DNA of 64,000 nucleotides from Camelus ferus. Lineage: Eukaryota. The stretch lies in the NCBI RefSeq assembly GCF_009834535.1, contig NC_045696.1:102426001-102490000 (forward strand). The letters run 5' to 3'. The number at the start of each line of letters is the position of its first letter. The first letter of the stretch is position 1. A model generated the notes under the pieces. The model ran no database searches. It was not told the origin of the DNA and saw only the letters and a program-made list of their open reading frames with translations. The position numbers and the translations under genes are program-made. Positions 1 through 13,148 of the stretch are shown here, in pieces.

Positions 1-719
1 GCCAAGGTGCAAAGAAAAGCTGTTCAAATGGAGGAAAGAGGGAAAGGCCCCAAGGGACAAGGGATACGTAAACAGGAATCAGGGCCCAATTTCCCTTACC
101 AGAAACTAAGGCTTTGAGGAGAGTGTGGGGAACAAGGTTGGAAAGCTGTGGGATCAGCTGAGGACAATGAAGTTCATGTGTCTAGCAAGGGACGTGGCCG
201 CGATGGAGGCCACTGACGTCTCCACTCCACAGGACAGTGGTAGCAACCATGCATCTGTACTCCAGCTTCTTTTAGTAATAGCCAGGATACACCTGTAATT
301 TGGGTTCTCAGTGCATGTAGGCCTATTGATAAAACACAGAATACATGAGGCCTGAATCTGGATGCACATAGAGCCAAAAGGCAAAGTCCCACAGGAAGGC
401 AAGTCCACGATTCGGTCACCTTTGGAACTTGTTCCCAGTGACTCCCCAGTCAAAGCTACTGCAGCCTGACTCTCTATGTCCCAAGTCACACAATCATCCA
501 GTCCTTAAGCCAACCAATCCTAGGAAGGTGGAACCCTGAGGAGAGACGGCACTGCTACGTGCTCTCCCTCCTCTGTGGAGTTCTCGCTCTGTCTAAACTT
601 TGGGGCTATCAGTGTGGCAAATGCTTTGGAAAAATGATTTGCAAACTGTAGGAGGCTACCCATAACTCAAGACCTGCATTTCTTAAAGAAAAGAAAAATT
701 AGAATAAGACAGAATACCA

Positions 720-1030
720 TGTTAGAATAGGTAAGACTATCTTGTGGTAACAAACACTTCCCAGATCTTAGGGGCCCAGCAAACACTTTTATTTCTCTCT
801 CACTTAAAGGCTGCTGAGGATGTACATGAGCCTCTAGGGCAACAGTCTACCATGTGGCAACTAGTCATCCAGGAAGCTTTGATGTGTGGCCCCACCATCT
901 CAACCCGAGGCGTCCTTGGGCCTCTGTGGCAGGGAAAGCATCAGCTGGGGGGTTGCTGGCTTTCTATGCGTCAGTGTAGAAGTGACACTAGAACTGGATA
1001 TCTGGATACCAGTGCCTACCAGCAACGCCG
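720..1030 (-). mobile_element. Old MaLR LTR (MLT1K/L-like), apparently inside a decayed hAT element (about 570-1240)
   Basis: gtaacaaacacttcccagatctta...tttatttctctctcac resembles the MLT1 3' end. The flank ends aaaaagtttgaaagtgactg (Charlie-type terminus). Confidence 0.5.
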
Positions 1031-1462
1031 AGCAGAAGCACACAGCAGTCAGAGGGGACAGGGTAGGATGGGACAGAATAGGGCTAGGAATAAAAATAGG
1101 AATAGGACTAGATCCAAGTGCATCACAGAAGTATTTTTAGTTGTAAGACTGAGCAGATGCTAGGACATGTACTGAGGAGCAGTTGTAAAATGTATTTCCA
1201 GGTAGGGGTTTGAGGTGAAAAAAAAGTTTGAAAGTGACTGCATCTGAGAGAAAAATGTGCCTGGAGATAAGAATGAGATTATTTATGACATGCGACCTTG
1301 TAACAGTAAAGGGCTCTCCCCTGGTGTCCTCTCAGTCAAAGGAAATAGAGTTTGTGATGTCCCCTGAATGGGCTTCATCCCATAGTGCAAAATAGCCCAG
1401 TGTCACTTATCCTGACTCCCACACGCGTAACAAACTCAATGGGTTAAAGCAGTCACCGTCAA

Positions 1463-1521
<59 letters not shown>

Positions 1522-1560
1522 GTCACAGACAGAGAGAGAGAGATAAGGGGAGGGAGAGAG
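1463..1560. repeat. Compound microsatellite (TG)n(AG)n(AGAC)n
   Basis: Directly visible. Confidence 0.97.
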
Positions 1561-2057
1561 GGAGCGATCTGTCTTCTTCAAAGAGCGTTCTACTAAGGAG
1601 TTTGTTAAATGCCCTGGAAGAGGTGGTGTCTTCAGAGGATGGGAAAGTCAGATTGGCCTCAATGACCACCAGGGCCCAGAAAAACAAATAGGATGATGAG
1701 AAAGGGTTACTCTAATGTGACCTTAAAAGCCTGATGCCCAATACGAAAGCCCCACCTTCTGAGTGAGTGCCTCGTTCCCATGGAGGAGCCTCGAACTGTA
1801 AGCACTCCATGGAAATCCCGCTGACATGCAGCAGTGAGCAGAGCCTCCCTGGACACCCCCGTGTAAGGGGCACCTCTCCAAGAATAGAAGGGAATCTTCT
1901 GAGAGAAACTTGGACATCTCTTTCTCAGGGCTCCAGCAGACAGCAGAAGGAAAATCAGGAACTCCGCAGGGCATGTGGGGGCTGAGCAAATTGACTTGGG
2001 GATATTTGAAATAGATTTCTAATACTTATAACTCCTCCAAGGGCACAGTGGAAAAAA

Positions 2058-2290
2058 ATAATAATGTTAACTAATGTTTGTCTATGCTTATTAGGTGCCC
2101 AGACCTGTGCTAAAAAATGGATCTATTTTTATCTCACTTAATCCTCTCCCCTCTGAGGTCACTATTGTGAGCTATTTCCATTTTTTGAATGATGAAAATG
2201 AGGCTCAACGAGCTTAGGAAATTTGCTTACACTCAGAGAAGAAGTAGCAGATCTGTGATTCAAACCCAGCCTGTCTGTCTTTTTAACTCC
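2058..2290 (-). mobile_element. MIR SINE
   Basis: Core gatgaaaatgaggctcaacgagcttaggaaatttgc...gattcaaacccag. Confidence 0.85.
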
Positions 2291-2350
2291 TACCCCAAAA
2301 TAAATACATACATAAACAGAAGATTTAGGATTATCCAGAAGGAGCAGGAG

Positions 2351-2797
2351 GTTGTGGGCTGAATAGTTTCCCCCCAAAGAAGATATATTGAAGTCCTAAC
2401 CCCCAGCACCTCACAATGTAACCTTATTTGGAAATAGGTTCGTCGCAGATGTAATTTGTTAAATTAAGATGAAGTTATACTGGAATAGGGTGGGTCCCTG
2501 ATCCAGCATCACTGGTTTGCTCATAAAAAGACAGTCATGTGAAGACAGGGAGAAAGCATGGAAGATGGAGGCAGAGAGGGGGTGGTACACCTACCAGCCA
2601 AGGAACACCAAGGAGTTCTGGCCGTATCCAGGAGCTAGGAGAGGGGCCTGGGACCGCATGGCCGTCACAAGGAACCAGCCCGGGCCATACCTTGATCTCA
2701 GACTCCGGGCCTCCAGAACTGGGAAACAATACATTTCTGTTACTTTAAGCCACTCAGTTTGTGGTGCTTTGTTACACAGCCCTCGGAAACAAAGACA
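2351..2797 (+). mobile_element. MaLR solo LTR (MLT1C/B-like)
   Basis: gaagtcctaacccccagcacctcacaatgtaaccttatttggaaatagg ... tttaagccactcagtttgtggtgctttgttacacagccc. Confidence 0.9.
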
Positions 2798-3860
2798 CAA
2801 GATAATTGTAATCTCTAAACAATTACCTAACCAGATCTAACACAGCATCATGTCTCTCCTCAGTAATGAGAAAACAGAGGCACAAAGAGTTGGAGACCTT
2901 TGCTCAAATGGAGAAGCAGTCACAGAGCCAGAACCCCAGCCATCTGTGTTTGGTGTCTGCTGTCTTCTTCCCCAGGAAAGCACTGAAGATAGTTTCCTCT
3001 TTAGCTTTGTGCTCTGAGCATCCTGACCCACAGAGTCCACACTGAGGCTGCCAGTGCAGAAGTGACTGTCTCTGTTTCCCCGGAGGTAGGAGATGAGTAG
3101 AGCCACGCATCCCCATGGGCTTGCTGCCCATGCCCACATGGGGACCAGGCCCCTCTAACCCGCTCTCGCTTCTGGATATCGAGGGAAGGGCCCAGCCCCA
3201 TGGGGTACTGAAGGAACCACAGAGGGCTCGGGCAGGCCTGGCCATCTCCATCTTAAATGTGACGTCCAAGGGAGCCAGCTGAGGCTCCAATACTCACATG
3301 ACCTTATCTAATCAGTGTTGGGGGCAGAAATCAAACAGAAATTTCCCTCCAAACCAGCGTGGAGACTTGGAACGCTGGGGCAGTTACTTCAGAGAGCCCA
3401 GTTCTCCAACACGCTGCAAGGGAGGTGACCCGTCAAGTCCTTTTGTCAAAATCACCATGAGCCAGCAGGGGCTCCTGATCTGGGCAGCCCTTCCTCTAAC
3501 CAGAAGGCCTTGAAAAGCCAAGACCCACTCCCTGTGAGTAACAGCAGCATTTTTCTCCAGAACCACTTTCTCACAAAACAGTGTGCCAAATGTCCCATTC
3601 CATACGGTGCAAATGGATTTCACTGCATCTGACAGGCAGCAAAGATTCCTGGAAATCTGGTGATCCCATCCTGTGCCCAAATGGAAAAATTTTAAGGGCA
3701 CAATAGTAGGAAGAGAAGCGATAGTAGTAAGAGTAAAAGTAATGTTGTCGTCGTCACTGTTCCTGTTGAATGCCTGCACCGTGCGGCTCGTGGATGTGGC
3801 CCCTCCACATCCAGAGTCCCTTAAAAGCCGAGGTGCCATTCTCCTCTGCATCACTTAGAC

Positions 3861-4001
3861 CAGTGGTTTTCAAGGGATTGTTAATATGCAGATCACTAGG
3901 CCCCCACCCAAGGGGGTCAGGGTCAAGGGCCCAGAACGGCATTTTAACAAGCAAAAGCCATTCTGATGGAGATGATCAGGTGACCAAACTTGGAGAAGCC
4001 C
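3861..4001. mobile_element. MER5-like hAT-Charlie MITE (similar copies near 9790-9910, 15326-15475, 24085-24260, 25500-25665, 35400-35565, 44015-44175)
   Basis: cagtggttttcaa...ttgttaatatgcagat...cattttaacaagc motifs. Confidence 0.7.
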
Positions 4002-4368
4002 CAAGTTTGGACTTGCCTTTGTATTTAGAGCTGAGGCTGTGAATCAGGTGAATTCTCAGGTTTCCTCCAGCCTCGCGATTCCAACATCTCTCCCTGTTTA
4101 TCTTGTGTCCACTTGCCCTACTTAGCTGGTTGCTTTGGTCTCCTACAACTGTCTTCTTTTCTTTAACCTTTCCAATGAACTCCACTGCCCTTTCTCTGTC
4201 CCTGAATTGTCTGTCTGGAATGGCAGAGCCCAAGAGAACTATCAACATTTGATAGGTAGATCCTATAGATACCTGATAAAACTGGCTCCCAATGCAAATA
4301 GGATAGCAGGCACACCGCTTTATCTGCCTTCAGTCGGCCCTCATGCTTAATACTTAATCGCCCTTGAC

Positions 4369-4500
4369 CAGAGTTTCCTAGCTCAGGGGCTCTAGGGGAG
4401 CACTTGAAACGTCATGTGAAACTGTATGCAAATAATGAGCACACGGGCATTTTTTTCAGAGACACCAGTCCAAGGCCAGGGAAGGGTAAGAATCACGGCT
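4369..4500. mobile_element. MER103-like hAT-Charlie fragment
   Basis: ...gcatttttttcagaga...aagggtaagaatcac terminus. Confidence 0.45.
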
Positions 4501-4714
4501 CTAGGTACCACCTGACTCACCAGGCTGTGACATAGGAAGTCCATTTTGGTAGATCTAAGCTACATTGGTTAAATTACAGACAGTTTCCAGTCAGTTAAGG
4601 CAGTTCATACAGAGCACAATTTACAAATCTAACTAGACCACATCTCCATTCACATGTAATATGCTAGATACTAATCACCAAAAATAGGAGATCAAATAAA
4701 ATACAGTTCCAGGA

Positions 4715-6700
4715 GGATTCTGGGAAGATGGCAGTGGTACCAGCAGCAGTCTTTCAATCCCTCCAAATCCCTGCATCAAAATAGGCAGAACAATTAGATA
4801 ACAATGCCAAAATCCTTGGACACATTTACAACAAAACTAGGGGCAAGTTTTCTCACAAACTCCAAATGACAAGTGAGTAGAAATGAACTACCCATAGCTC
4901 AAGTGTCCATCCAGGAGGAAAAGGAAGCAATGAGGTAGCATCTGACGGACTTGAAATCAGGAGATCTGCCAAATGGCCAATAGTATTTCCTGGAAAGTGT
5001 AGTTGGACCAATTTGATAAATGTTCCTAACACATGTGTTGGGGTGGGGAGTGAGGGTATAGCTTTCTCTGAGAGGAGCAAGTAAAAGTCCCCAGGAAGAG
5101 GTCCTGAAGGGGACGGGGCAGTTGAGACTCCCAAGAGCTCTCAGAATGGATCCCCCAGGGCCCTCTTCCAGGTCAGGGCCCTGCACTCGGGAGAAACATC
5201 CTTGGAGTGGAATCAAAATTGAGCTGCATAGAGACGATAGTGATAAAGGAAAGACAAGGTCCAGACCAGTTAGTGGGGGAAACATGGCAGGAAAGCTTAG
5301 AATGCAAATTCTGGTAGACCACCATGTCTACCACTATATGAAAATAACAGAAGAGGGAACCCTATGGAGTCAGAAAAGCTTTCCTGAACCTGGCCTCATT
5401 CTATAAGTTCAGGAGAACTAATTTCACATAAAAAGGAACAACAGAAAAGAAATCAAAACCCATACAGTGTTATTATAAGAAAAAAAAAAAGGATGAAAAA
5501 AGGCCAGAATAACATCTCTGCAAACAATGGAAGCATGCCAGAGAGATGTGCCCATAATGTATCAAAACTACAACAAACTATACTAAAACAAGTTAAAAGG
5601 CATTAAGAAAATGATATAAGATGTATCTGAATTAGAAAAAAAGAACCTCTGTAAATAATTTAAAATTTAAAAACCCTTTCAGACATGAATAGTAAATTAG
5701 AAGGACTACAAAAGCAAATCAACACAATGACTAATATCTTGAGAGGAAATATCAGGTGAAAAGAAAGAAAAGTTTTTTGAATCAAAAAGAATGAAGAAAA
5801 AGATTAAAAGGATTCAAGAGAAAAATGACAAATATTGAAGACAGGCAAAGAAGATTGAACATTCAGAAAATAGGAATTCTTGTAAAAGAAAAGCAAAGCA
5901 AGGAAACAGAATAATTCCTAATTCCAGAGAACTTTTCTGAAATGCAACACATTTAACACACTTGAAACTACACATTGAAAGAACACACCATGTACCTAAG
6001 ACTATCAACTAGGATCAACCAACATCAGAAAAAAATTAGTGAAATTCTTGAACTTTAAAGAAAAATTCTTCAGGCATCTATAGAAAAAAACACATGTGAT
6101 TTAGAAGGGAAATAAAACTATATTTTCATTAGACTTTTCAGGAAAAACTCCTTATGTCAAAAGAAGTTAGAAACATATTTAAGTAATCAAGTAAAGAAAA
6201 TGCAAGTCAACAATTTTATGTCCAGAAAAATGGACTTTCAATGTATAAAGAGTACAAACTGTTATCAATACTCAAGAACTCAGAGAATGTTCCCGTGAGT
6301 CCTTACTGAGAAATCTACTGAAGAACAAGCTTCAGACAATCAAAATGACTAGAAAGACATTGACAAGAGGCCTGAAAGTGAGCATTAAATATACAGTTAC
6401 CTGTAGAGCTAAGATTAAGTGAGAGCTGAGAGAGAGAGAGTATGGAATGCAATGGCTATATGATCTGACAATGTAAATATAGTCCAACTACGTATAGTTG
6501 TACTATAGATTTTCCTTTTTTAATGAGATGTTAGAATGGAGGGAGGATAAGCAAAAAATGTTAACATATTATGTAATTATTATGGTGGTAGTATCAGTAT
6601 TCTTATTATGAGACCCCGTAAGTGTAATACCATGGATAAAACAAATGAGTAACTATGGACTATTCTATCATTCCTATGTCCTTGAGAATCAGAAACACTT
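4715..6700 (+). mobile_element. HAL1-like (ORF1-only 'half-L1') or old L1 5' UTR + ORF1 fossil
   Basis: 5' gattctgggaagatggcagtgg. A-rich decayed ORF1 remnants (cacattgaaagaacacaccatgtacc; gtgaaattcttgaactttaaag). No recognisable ORF2 endonuclease follows. Confidence 0.7.
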
Positions 6701-6744
6701 GAAATTGAATTGGAAGTATCCATAGGAACTCATGACATATATAA

Positions 6745-6945
6745 CCAGTGGTGTGGTAAAGCTGGTTTGCAACAGCTGGTGAGAACAGACTGAACACATC
6801 CTGTTCAAACTCCACATTTAGTGACTTAGTGCTGGTGTACTGGAATCAGCCATAATGGGAGTATTTACACCACAGAAATTGGGAAATGCTACAAATCTGC
6901 CCTTTTTTCCAGAGAGTCCATTGTTAAACATTTACCAATACTGTA
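6745..6945. mobile_element. MER63-like hAT element
   Basis: ccagtggtgtggtaaagctgg ... cacagaaattgggaaatgctacaaatc ... gttaaacatttacca. Confidence 0.65.
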
Positions 6946-6949
6946 TATT

Positions 6950-8096
6950 GCAACCCTTGGTGCCCAGATGGTGCAGTTAAAATACCATTTCTCACTAAAA
7001 GAATCCAGAGAATTTTGGAGAAGTAGTTGGTTTGAGGTCTGAAACAGGAAATGTACGAGATGAGCCTACAACACCTTGTCAGACAGATGACCAGGAAGCT
7101 GTCAGAGATACTGGTATCATGTCAGTAGGACTCAGAAGCCACACTGAGGACACCCGCTGACCAAAGAAGGGTCAGTCTGAGCTTCAATAGTGATAATAAT
7201 TACAATAAACTTCATTTAAATTCATTACCTTATAGTGATATTTAAACAAAGAATCCATTATTTTCAGAGGGTCATAACCAATCATTACCTGGAAAACAAA
7301 TAAATAGATGGAGTAAATCAAACATTTATCTTGCTCTTCCTATATTGACTATTCCACAGAATATCCCAGTCAGACAAACGAAAAGTGGCTCTTTATAGAA
7401 GTATTCTACCTAATAAAATAATAAAAAGATAAAATTAGAATTTCATCATTTGTGCATCCCAGAGAGCAAATAGATAGAGGTATTACACATCACTGGCCGT
7501 GAAGATCACACAAAAAGAGACAACCAGATATGGTATCTTTAGTCTTGCCAAAGGGATAGAATTAGAACCTAAATCTTACCCAGTCTCCGGATCCAGCTGG
7601 CAATTTGCAGCAATACCAAGGGCAGAGGAACATGCTGGGCTGCACATGAGTTTGCAATCAGAAATTCAGAACACGGGAATGTCCACAGGTCAAATGGCCC
7701 AGGTTCTTCAGCAGATAAATTGTAAAGAAAAGGGTGGAAGAGGAATCTATAGCTTAAAAGACATAACACATTTTTTTAAATAGGCAAGACCAAACTGTAG
7801 TGTGCCAGAATGCACATTTGAGTGATAAAACTGTAACTAAAAATTCAAGGAAGTGATTAGTATAAAAATCATCATACTGGCTTTAGGGGAGACAAAGAAG
7901 TTTTGATTAGGATGAATCACCTGGAAAGGGCTTCAAGGGTAGGCGACAAAGTTCTATTTCCTGGAACTTGGAAGATTTCCTCATCTTGTAATGATATAAG
8001 GTAATGAGGTAATGATGTAAAGATATACACTGGATCTGTGAGGTTTGATGTAGCCCTTTTTCATTTTACAATAAAAAGATTTTATTTAATAATAAA
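6950..8096 (+). mobile_element. Old L1 3' UTR (L1MC4/5-like)
   Basis: tggtgcccagat...aaataccattt...gatgagcct; ends tttacaataaaaag with an A-rich tail. Confidence 0.75.
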
Positions 8097-9971
8097 TTTC
8101 TTGCCCTCAAGGAGTTTAGAGTCTAAAGAGGAAGACGGAGATGTAAGCAATTAGCTTCACTCCGACATGATAAACGCTATCAGGCAGGTATGTACACGTT
8201 GCTTTGGAGCTGCCATGGAGCTGAAACAGTTCGGCATGGCAGATCTGAGGAGGCTAGGGGAGGAAGGGACACACCAGCTTGGCTTGGAAGGGAGAGCCAT
8301 TCATCAAACAGACGTGAATAGCAGAGCGAGACCAGGCTGAAGTGGGTTGCAGTCACTCCTGGCCAGCTTTTTCTGCTGACCCAGCAGGTTTATTCAGGCT
8401 TCCTTTCTGCCCCAGCAGTCGTCTTGGGCAATTTCCTTTAAAACGGGCAAGGTCAACCAAAGGAACACATGTTCACCTGTGTGTGTGGATAGTGGGTTTC
8501 TACCTTTTCCTTGTTTTTAAACCAGAGCTTCATGCATAGCCTAGGAGAAGGTACCATCCTGATAGCTTGTTCTTGAAATAGAGTGGCTGCAGCAAAGACA
8601 GGATCCCATTCATGTGTTCTCTACTTGTGTGCAGAGCAGAATCAGAAGTCCTTCCTTGAACTACAGAGAACAAATTGATGAAACAGCTTAAAGAGGAGGG
8701 CTTTTGGTTGGACTCTTAAAGCCTTGCTCCAATCTGAACACCAGCTACAGCTCAGCAAAATGATTTATCACAATCTTAAGCAAAAGGGCAAGACAGGGAA
8801 TGTCCAATTACAGAATCCAACATATCCAAAGAAAAGAGGGAGAACACATTCAGTTTGTTAGTCCCCGTTTCCTGTGAAACAAAGCATGAAGGGTGTGACT
8901 TGTATATTGGAATCAAAGAGTGATGGGGTGTGTACAATTTGGGGGTATCCTCTGCTAGTCCTGTGCATGGGTGCTGTGTAAATAGCAGTGTGGGGACATA
9001 GCAAGTCAATAGCTAGTGGGACCTGGTTTCCTGCAGTAACATACGGGCCTGGAGGGCAAGGTTGGCTTCCACTCCAGGATGTGCTTATCCTTCCCCACCA
9101 CCTGGCATTGATCCCTGACCATCACTGGTGGCACGTCAGCCCTAAAAGCTAAATGCACTCTTGAAAGTGAGGTATAGGTAGGTTAGAAGAGAATTTAAAA
9201 GCCATCGGATTACACTTGCCTTGATCTGTAAAATGGGACTGTAATAGCCACCTATAGTTGTAAAGAGAAAATAAGACATATAGAAATGCCTTATAACTAA
9301 AAAGATGCAAGGTGTATTACTGAAAAGATAAATGTGCTTTCCTTCTGTACACACCTCTGCTTTAACAAGTATTTCATCCTGATAAGAAGACCATTTATCA
9401 AGCCTATACATACAAACACATTCAGATGCTTTTGGTAGACACAAAGTCTTCCTACAAAAGCCAAGGTGCGATGCTTCATTAATCCACTCTCAGGAGTTAC
9501 ATCATCAAGACTTCAGCTTGTTAAGCCAAGTTGCCAGCCCATCCCCTAGATGATATGAAACAATTGGCACCGGATAGGTCTGGGCTCTGGGCAGATGGGT
9601 CTTCTGCCTATCCTTACGCTAAAAATGATGGCTTTACAACATAAGAGGCCATGTTCTTTTTCTCCCTGTTTGAGATTTGAGTCCCACATAGAGGGCAATA
9701 CACTGGAGAGAGACCACTGTGCTCCATACTTGCCTGATCACTGGTCACCTGGGACACTTGAAATACAGGAACTCTGTATTGAAAGTACAGAGTCCAGGGC
9801 TACTTCCCAGAACTGCCAAGTCAGAATCTCCAGGGGAAGACTTGGATATCTGAATTTTTATCAGATGCCAAGATTATCTTCATGATCAGGCAAGTTTAGA
9901 GAAACCCAAGATAGAACATAGCTCTTTAGGGTTCTCAAATCAAAGACTTTTATGAAGACCAGCAAGAGGGG

Positions 9972-10347
9972 TGTGTTAATCTGCCCAGGCTGTCATAACA
10001 AAATACCACAGACTGGTGACTTAAACAATGAAATTTATTTTCTCAGAGTTCTGGGGGCTGAAAGTCTGAGATCAGGATGCCAGAATGGTCAGGTTCTGGT
10101 GAGAACTCTCTTCCAGGCTTGCTGACAGTCACCTTCTCACTGTGTGCTCCCATGACCCCTTCTCTGTGGACAGGTAGAGAGAGAGTCTCTTCTTACAAGG
10201 ACACTAATCCCTCTATAGAGGCCCCACCCTCATGACCTCTTTAAACCCTAATTACCTCGCAAGGGCCCCATCTCCAAATACCATCACACGAGGGGTAGGG
10301 CTTCAACATGTGAATTTGGGGGGAACACAAACATTCAGTGTGCAGTA
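9972..10347 (-). mobile_element. MaLR solo LTR (MLT1A-like)
   Basis: cataacaaaataccacagactgg...ccatctccaaataccatcacac...gggaacacaaacattcag. Confidence 0.9.
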
Positions 10348-11998
10348 GAGGGCATGGATCTTTGCTTGGGGCTTTTGCATCTCACCAATCTATGTGTGAC
10401 CATGTCATACGAGGCATAGGCATGAGCAAGCTGTGCACCCAATTGTTTTGGCAACTTACAATCGACAAAACACGAGGATTTAATCAAAACAAAAACGAGA
10501 AATTCATGTTACTGCATATTTTAAATATTAGTTCAGTTAAGCACTGAATTTAGTTCTGAACCTGATGATAGCAATGCACTTTCTCCTTTGGCCTGAGGTA
10601 ATTGTCTTCCCTATTTCACACATGTTAAATTCCGGGTAGAGTTCCAGCTTTTACTTACATCTCCTGAACCAAACTGTTATTTCCAAACTTATGCCCTTTA
10701 AAGATGAGAAAAGTTATTGTTTTATTCCCCCAGAGCTCAACATTTCATCTCAATGCATTTCTAGCTTATTAGGGAAGCAAAACTAGCTGTACCAAAAATA
10801 TCCAATGGGGAATCTCTCTCTCCAAACCTACACTAGAACCTGATAAGAAAAATTACACATTTTGCCAAATTGGCAGTTGGGGTTTTTTGGAGAGCAAAAG
10901 AGTTTTCTTACTTTTTAATAATTCAGGTAAACCTAGAGATCCAGCCACTTTCCAGACACTGCTCGGTAGTGAAGAACGAGAAAGTCACGGATTCCCGGAT
11001 TCCAAATCAGTTATTCAGTCAGATGAGACCTGTTGTTCCGTGTCTCTATGCAGAAGGAGGACGCCCAAAGTGGTGGAAATGTCTGGAGTCTGGGGCCCAG
11101 CTCGGCCGATAACTAACTGGCTGGGTTCCTCTGAGCGGTTCTTTTACTCTCTCTGAGCCTGTGGTCTTCATTCACTTAACAACTTTTTCTTGAACATCCA
11201 AAATGTGCCAAGCACTGTATCCAGGTGAAGGAGACAGCCCTGCCCTCAAGGAAACCACTGTCTGGAGACAAGGGAGCTTTCTATTTTATAATATAGGTAT
11301 TCATTTCTTTATGTGGATGCCTCACTAGTTTAGCACATAAAACAAAAACATATGAGCATATGCAGGAACACAGGAGGGACTGAGTGAGTGACACATAAAA
11401 GTTGTTTTTAGCCTCTTTATTCTGTGCCATTACCACATCATCCCCTCTGTCTAATAACTTAGGCCTAAGAAGTCCACCTTTGAATTGACATTTCTTAGCC
11501 TTTTACCCTCAGGAAAACCTCATTCATTGGCTGTAAATCTGCCCCCTTCATTCTTGGCATAGTTACTCAGAATCTACCTCCATCACTCATAACACTCCTG
11601 AATATTTTTTTTCTTCTTTTTTAAATTTTTTAAAATTTTTATTCTTATTTCTTATTGACGTGTAGTCAGTTTACAGTGCTAGTTTCAGTTACACATTCAA
11701 CAAACATCCACTGAGCCCATAATATACGGCAAGCACTGGGCAAACCAAGACATCAGAGAAAACGGACTCTGCCCCACGCCTGCCGCGTCTGTGGATGGTG
11801 CTTATGCAATCCGTTCACTGCCTCACGGTGTATGTTTTATTCCTCTGACTCACAGCTACTGAGATACCAGGGCAGCCAGAATAGCATCACGAGTTTCCTA
11901 GAAGAGTCTTACATGAACAGGTTCTCCCCACCTCTCACCTACCACCTCACACTAGCTCCCTACACAACATTTAACCCAAATTGCTATTTTTGGTGTAG

Positions 11999-12544
11999 TG
12001 TTGCTACACCAAAAATAAAAACAGCTTCTGTACCCCACTTACTGAATTGAGACTCAAGGACAGAGTTTTGGACGAAGTAGAAAAAGGCAGCTTTATTTCT
12101 GCTGGGGAGAGAAGGCAGGGGGTTTTATAGGGAAAGTTTAAGAGTTCAAGGGGCAGAGCTAGTTTCCATAGAGATCATGTACACAGTAACAAATTGTAGC
12201 AAAGTTGTTCTTGCTTTTGCAGATGCAGTGGTCCCCTTCCCTCTTCTGGGTATGAAGTTCACCTCCAGCTTTGGGACTCTTAATATTCTTGTACCTAGAA
12301 CAAAGAATGCATAAGAAGGTGTTCTGTGGGAAACAGCTCTAGAGAAAAACTTGTACAGTTTAAAGTCAGGTTGATAAATGCTTTTAGCCTTTTAAGTAGG
12401 CTGAGGCCTGGGATCTCCTGCTGCAGGCTGAGTTCAGAAATCACAGAGCCTGTCCAGAGGAGGACAAATGGTAGCCGGCTTGGTCCAGGCCTCACATTCA
12501 CAAAAAGTTACAAAGTCAGTCATTCACTGTTAGCTCTGACAACA
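11999..12544 (-). mobile_element. ERV (probably ERV1-class) solo LTR
   Basis: TGTTG...CAACA terminal inverted repeat; minus-strand AATAAA (gctttattt, about 12092); tttatag TATA-like motif at about 12124. No clean TSD. Confidence 0.7.
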
Positions 12545-12907
12545 TTACACACAGAGTTACAGAGATACCACATCAGGATTAAAAGAAGAAAATGTTCATT
12601 ACACAGTTTTAAATTTGTGTTTTACTTTTGTAGTATTATTTTGGCATTTTGATATTTCAGTGTATTAAGAACCTCAAGCCGGGAAAGTTGCCAGGGCCTT
12701 TCTAACTCTTAGCGCCCTGACAAACCCCTTCGTTTTTGTTTCTACAACGTCTCTAAACATGTTGCTTACTTGCTGTCACTTTTCTATCCAGAAATAAAGT
12801 TTGTAGGATTTTCTTTGATTTATACTCCAGTTGTACATGTATCTTGTCTGCCTCACCTCCCTAAAAAACTGATATGCCCACCATAAACCCTAAGACAACT
12901 ACATGTC

Positions 12908-13148
12908 TATATATAAAATAAAGAACAAACTTCTTCCGTATAGCACAGGGAACTATATTCAATATCTTGTAGCAACTTTTAATGAAAAAGAATATGAAAA
13001 CGAATATATGTGCTGAACACCAGAAATTGTGCTGAACACCAGAAATTGACACACTGTAACTGACTATACTTCAATTTAAAAAAATTTTTTTAAAAAGCAA
13101 AAAAAAAAAAAAATAGTCAGTTGATTTGGGAACTAAAAAAAAAAAAAA
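12908..13148 (+). mobile_element. 5'-truncated young L1 3' end with double poly(A) tail
   Basis: tatagcacagggaactatattcaatatcttg...caccagaaattgacac...tatacttcaat; flanked by ac(t/c)acatgtc at 12898 and 13150. Confidence 0.9.

Noticed and set aside
1464..1691. ORFs with RQTDRQTD repeats (also 60269..60658)
   Set aside because: These are translations of (AGAC)n microsatellites, not homologous genes.
8945..8953. GTATCCTC as the U12 donor
   Set aside because: Imperfect consensus and not preceded by an NHE9 exon ending ...FDH.
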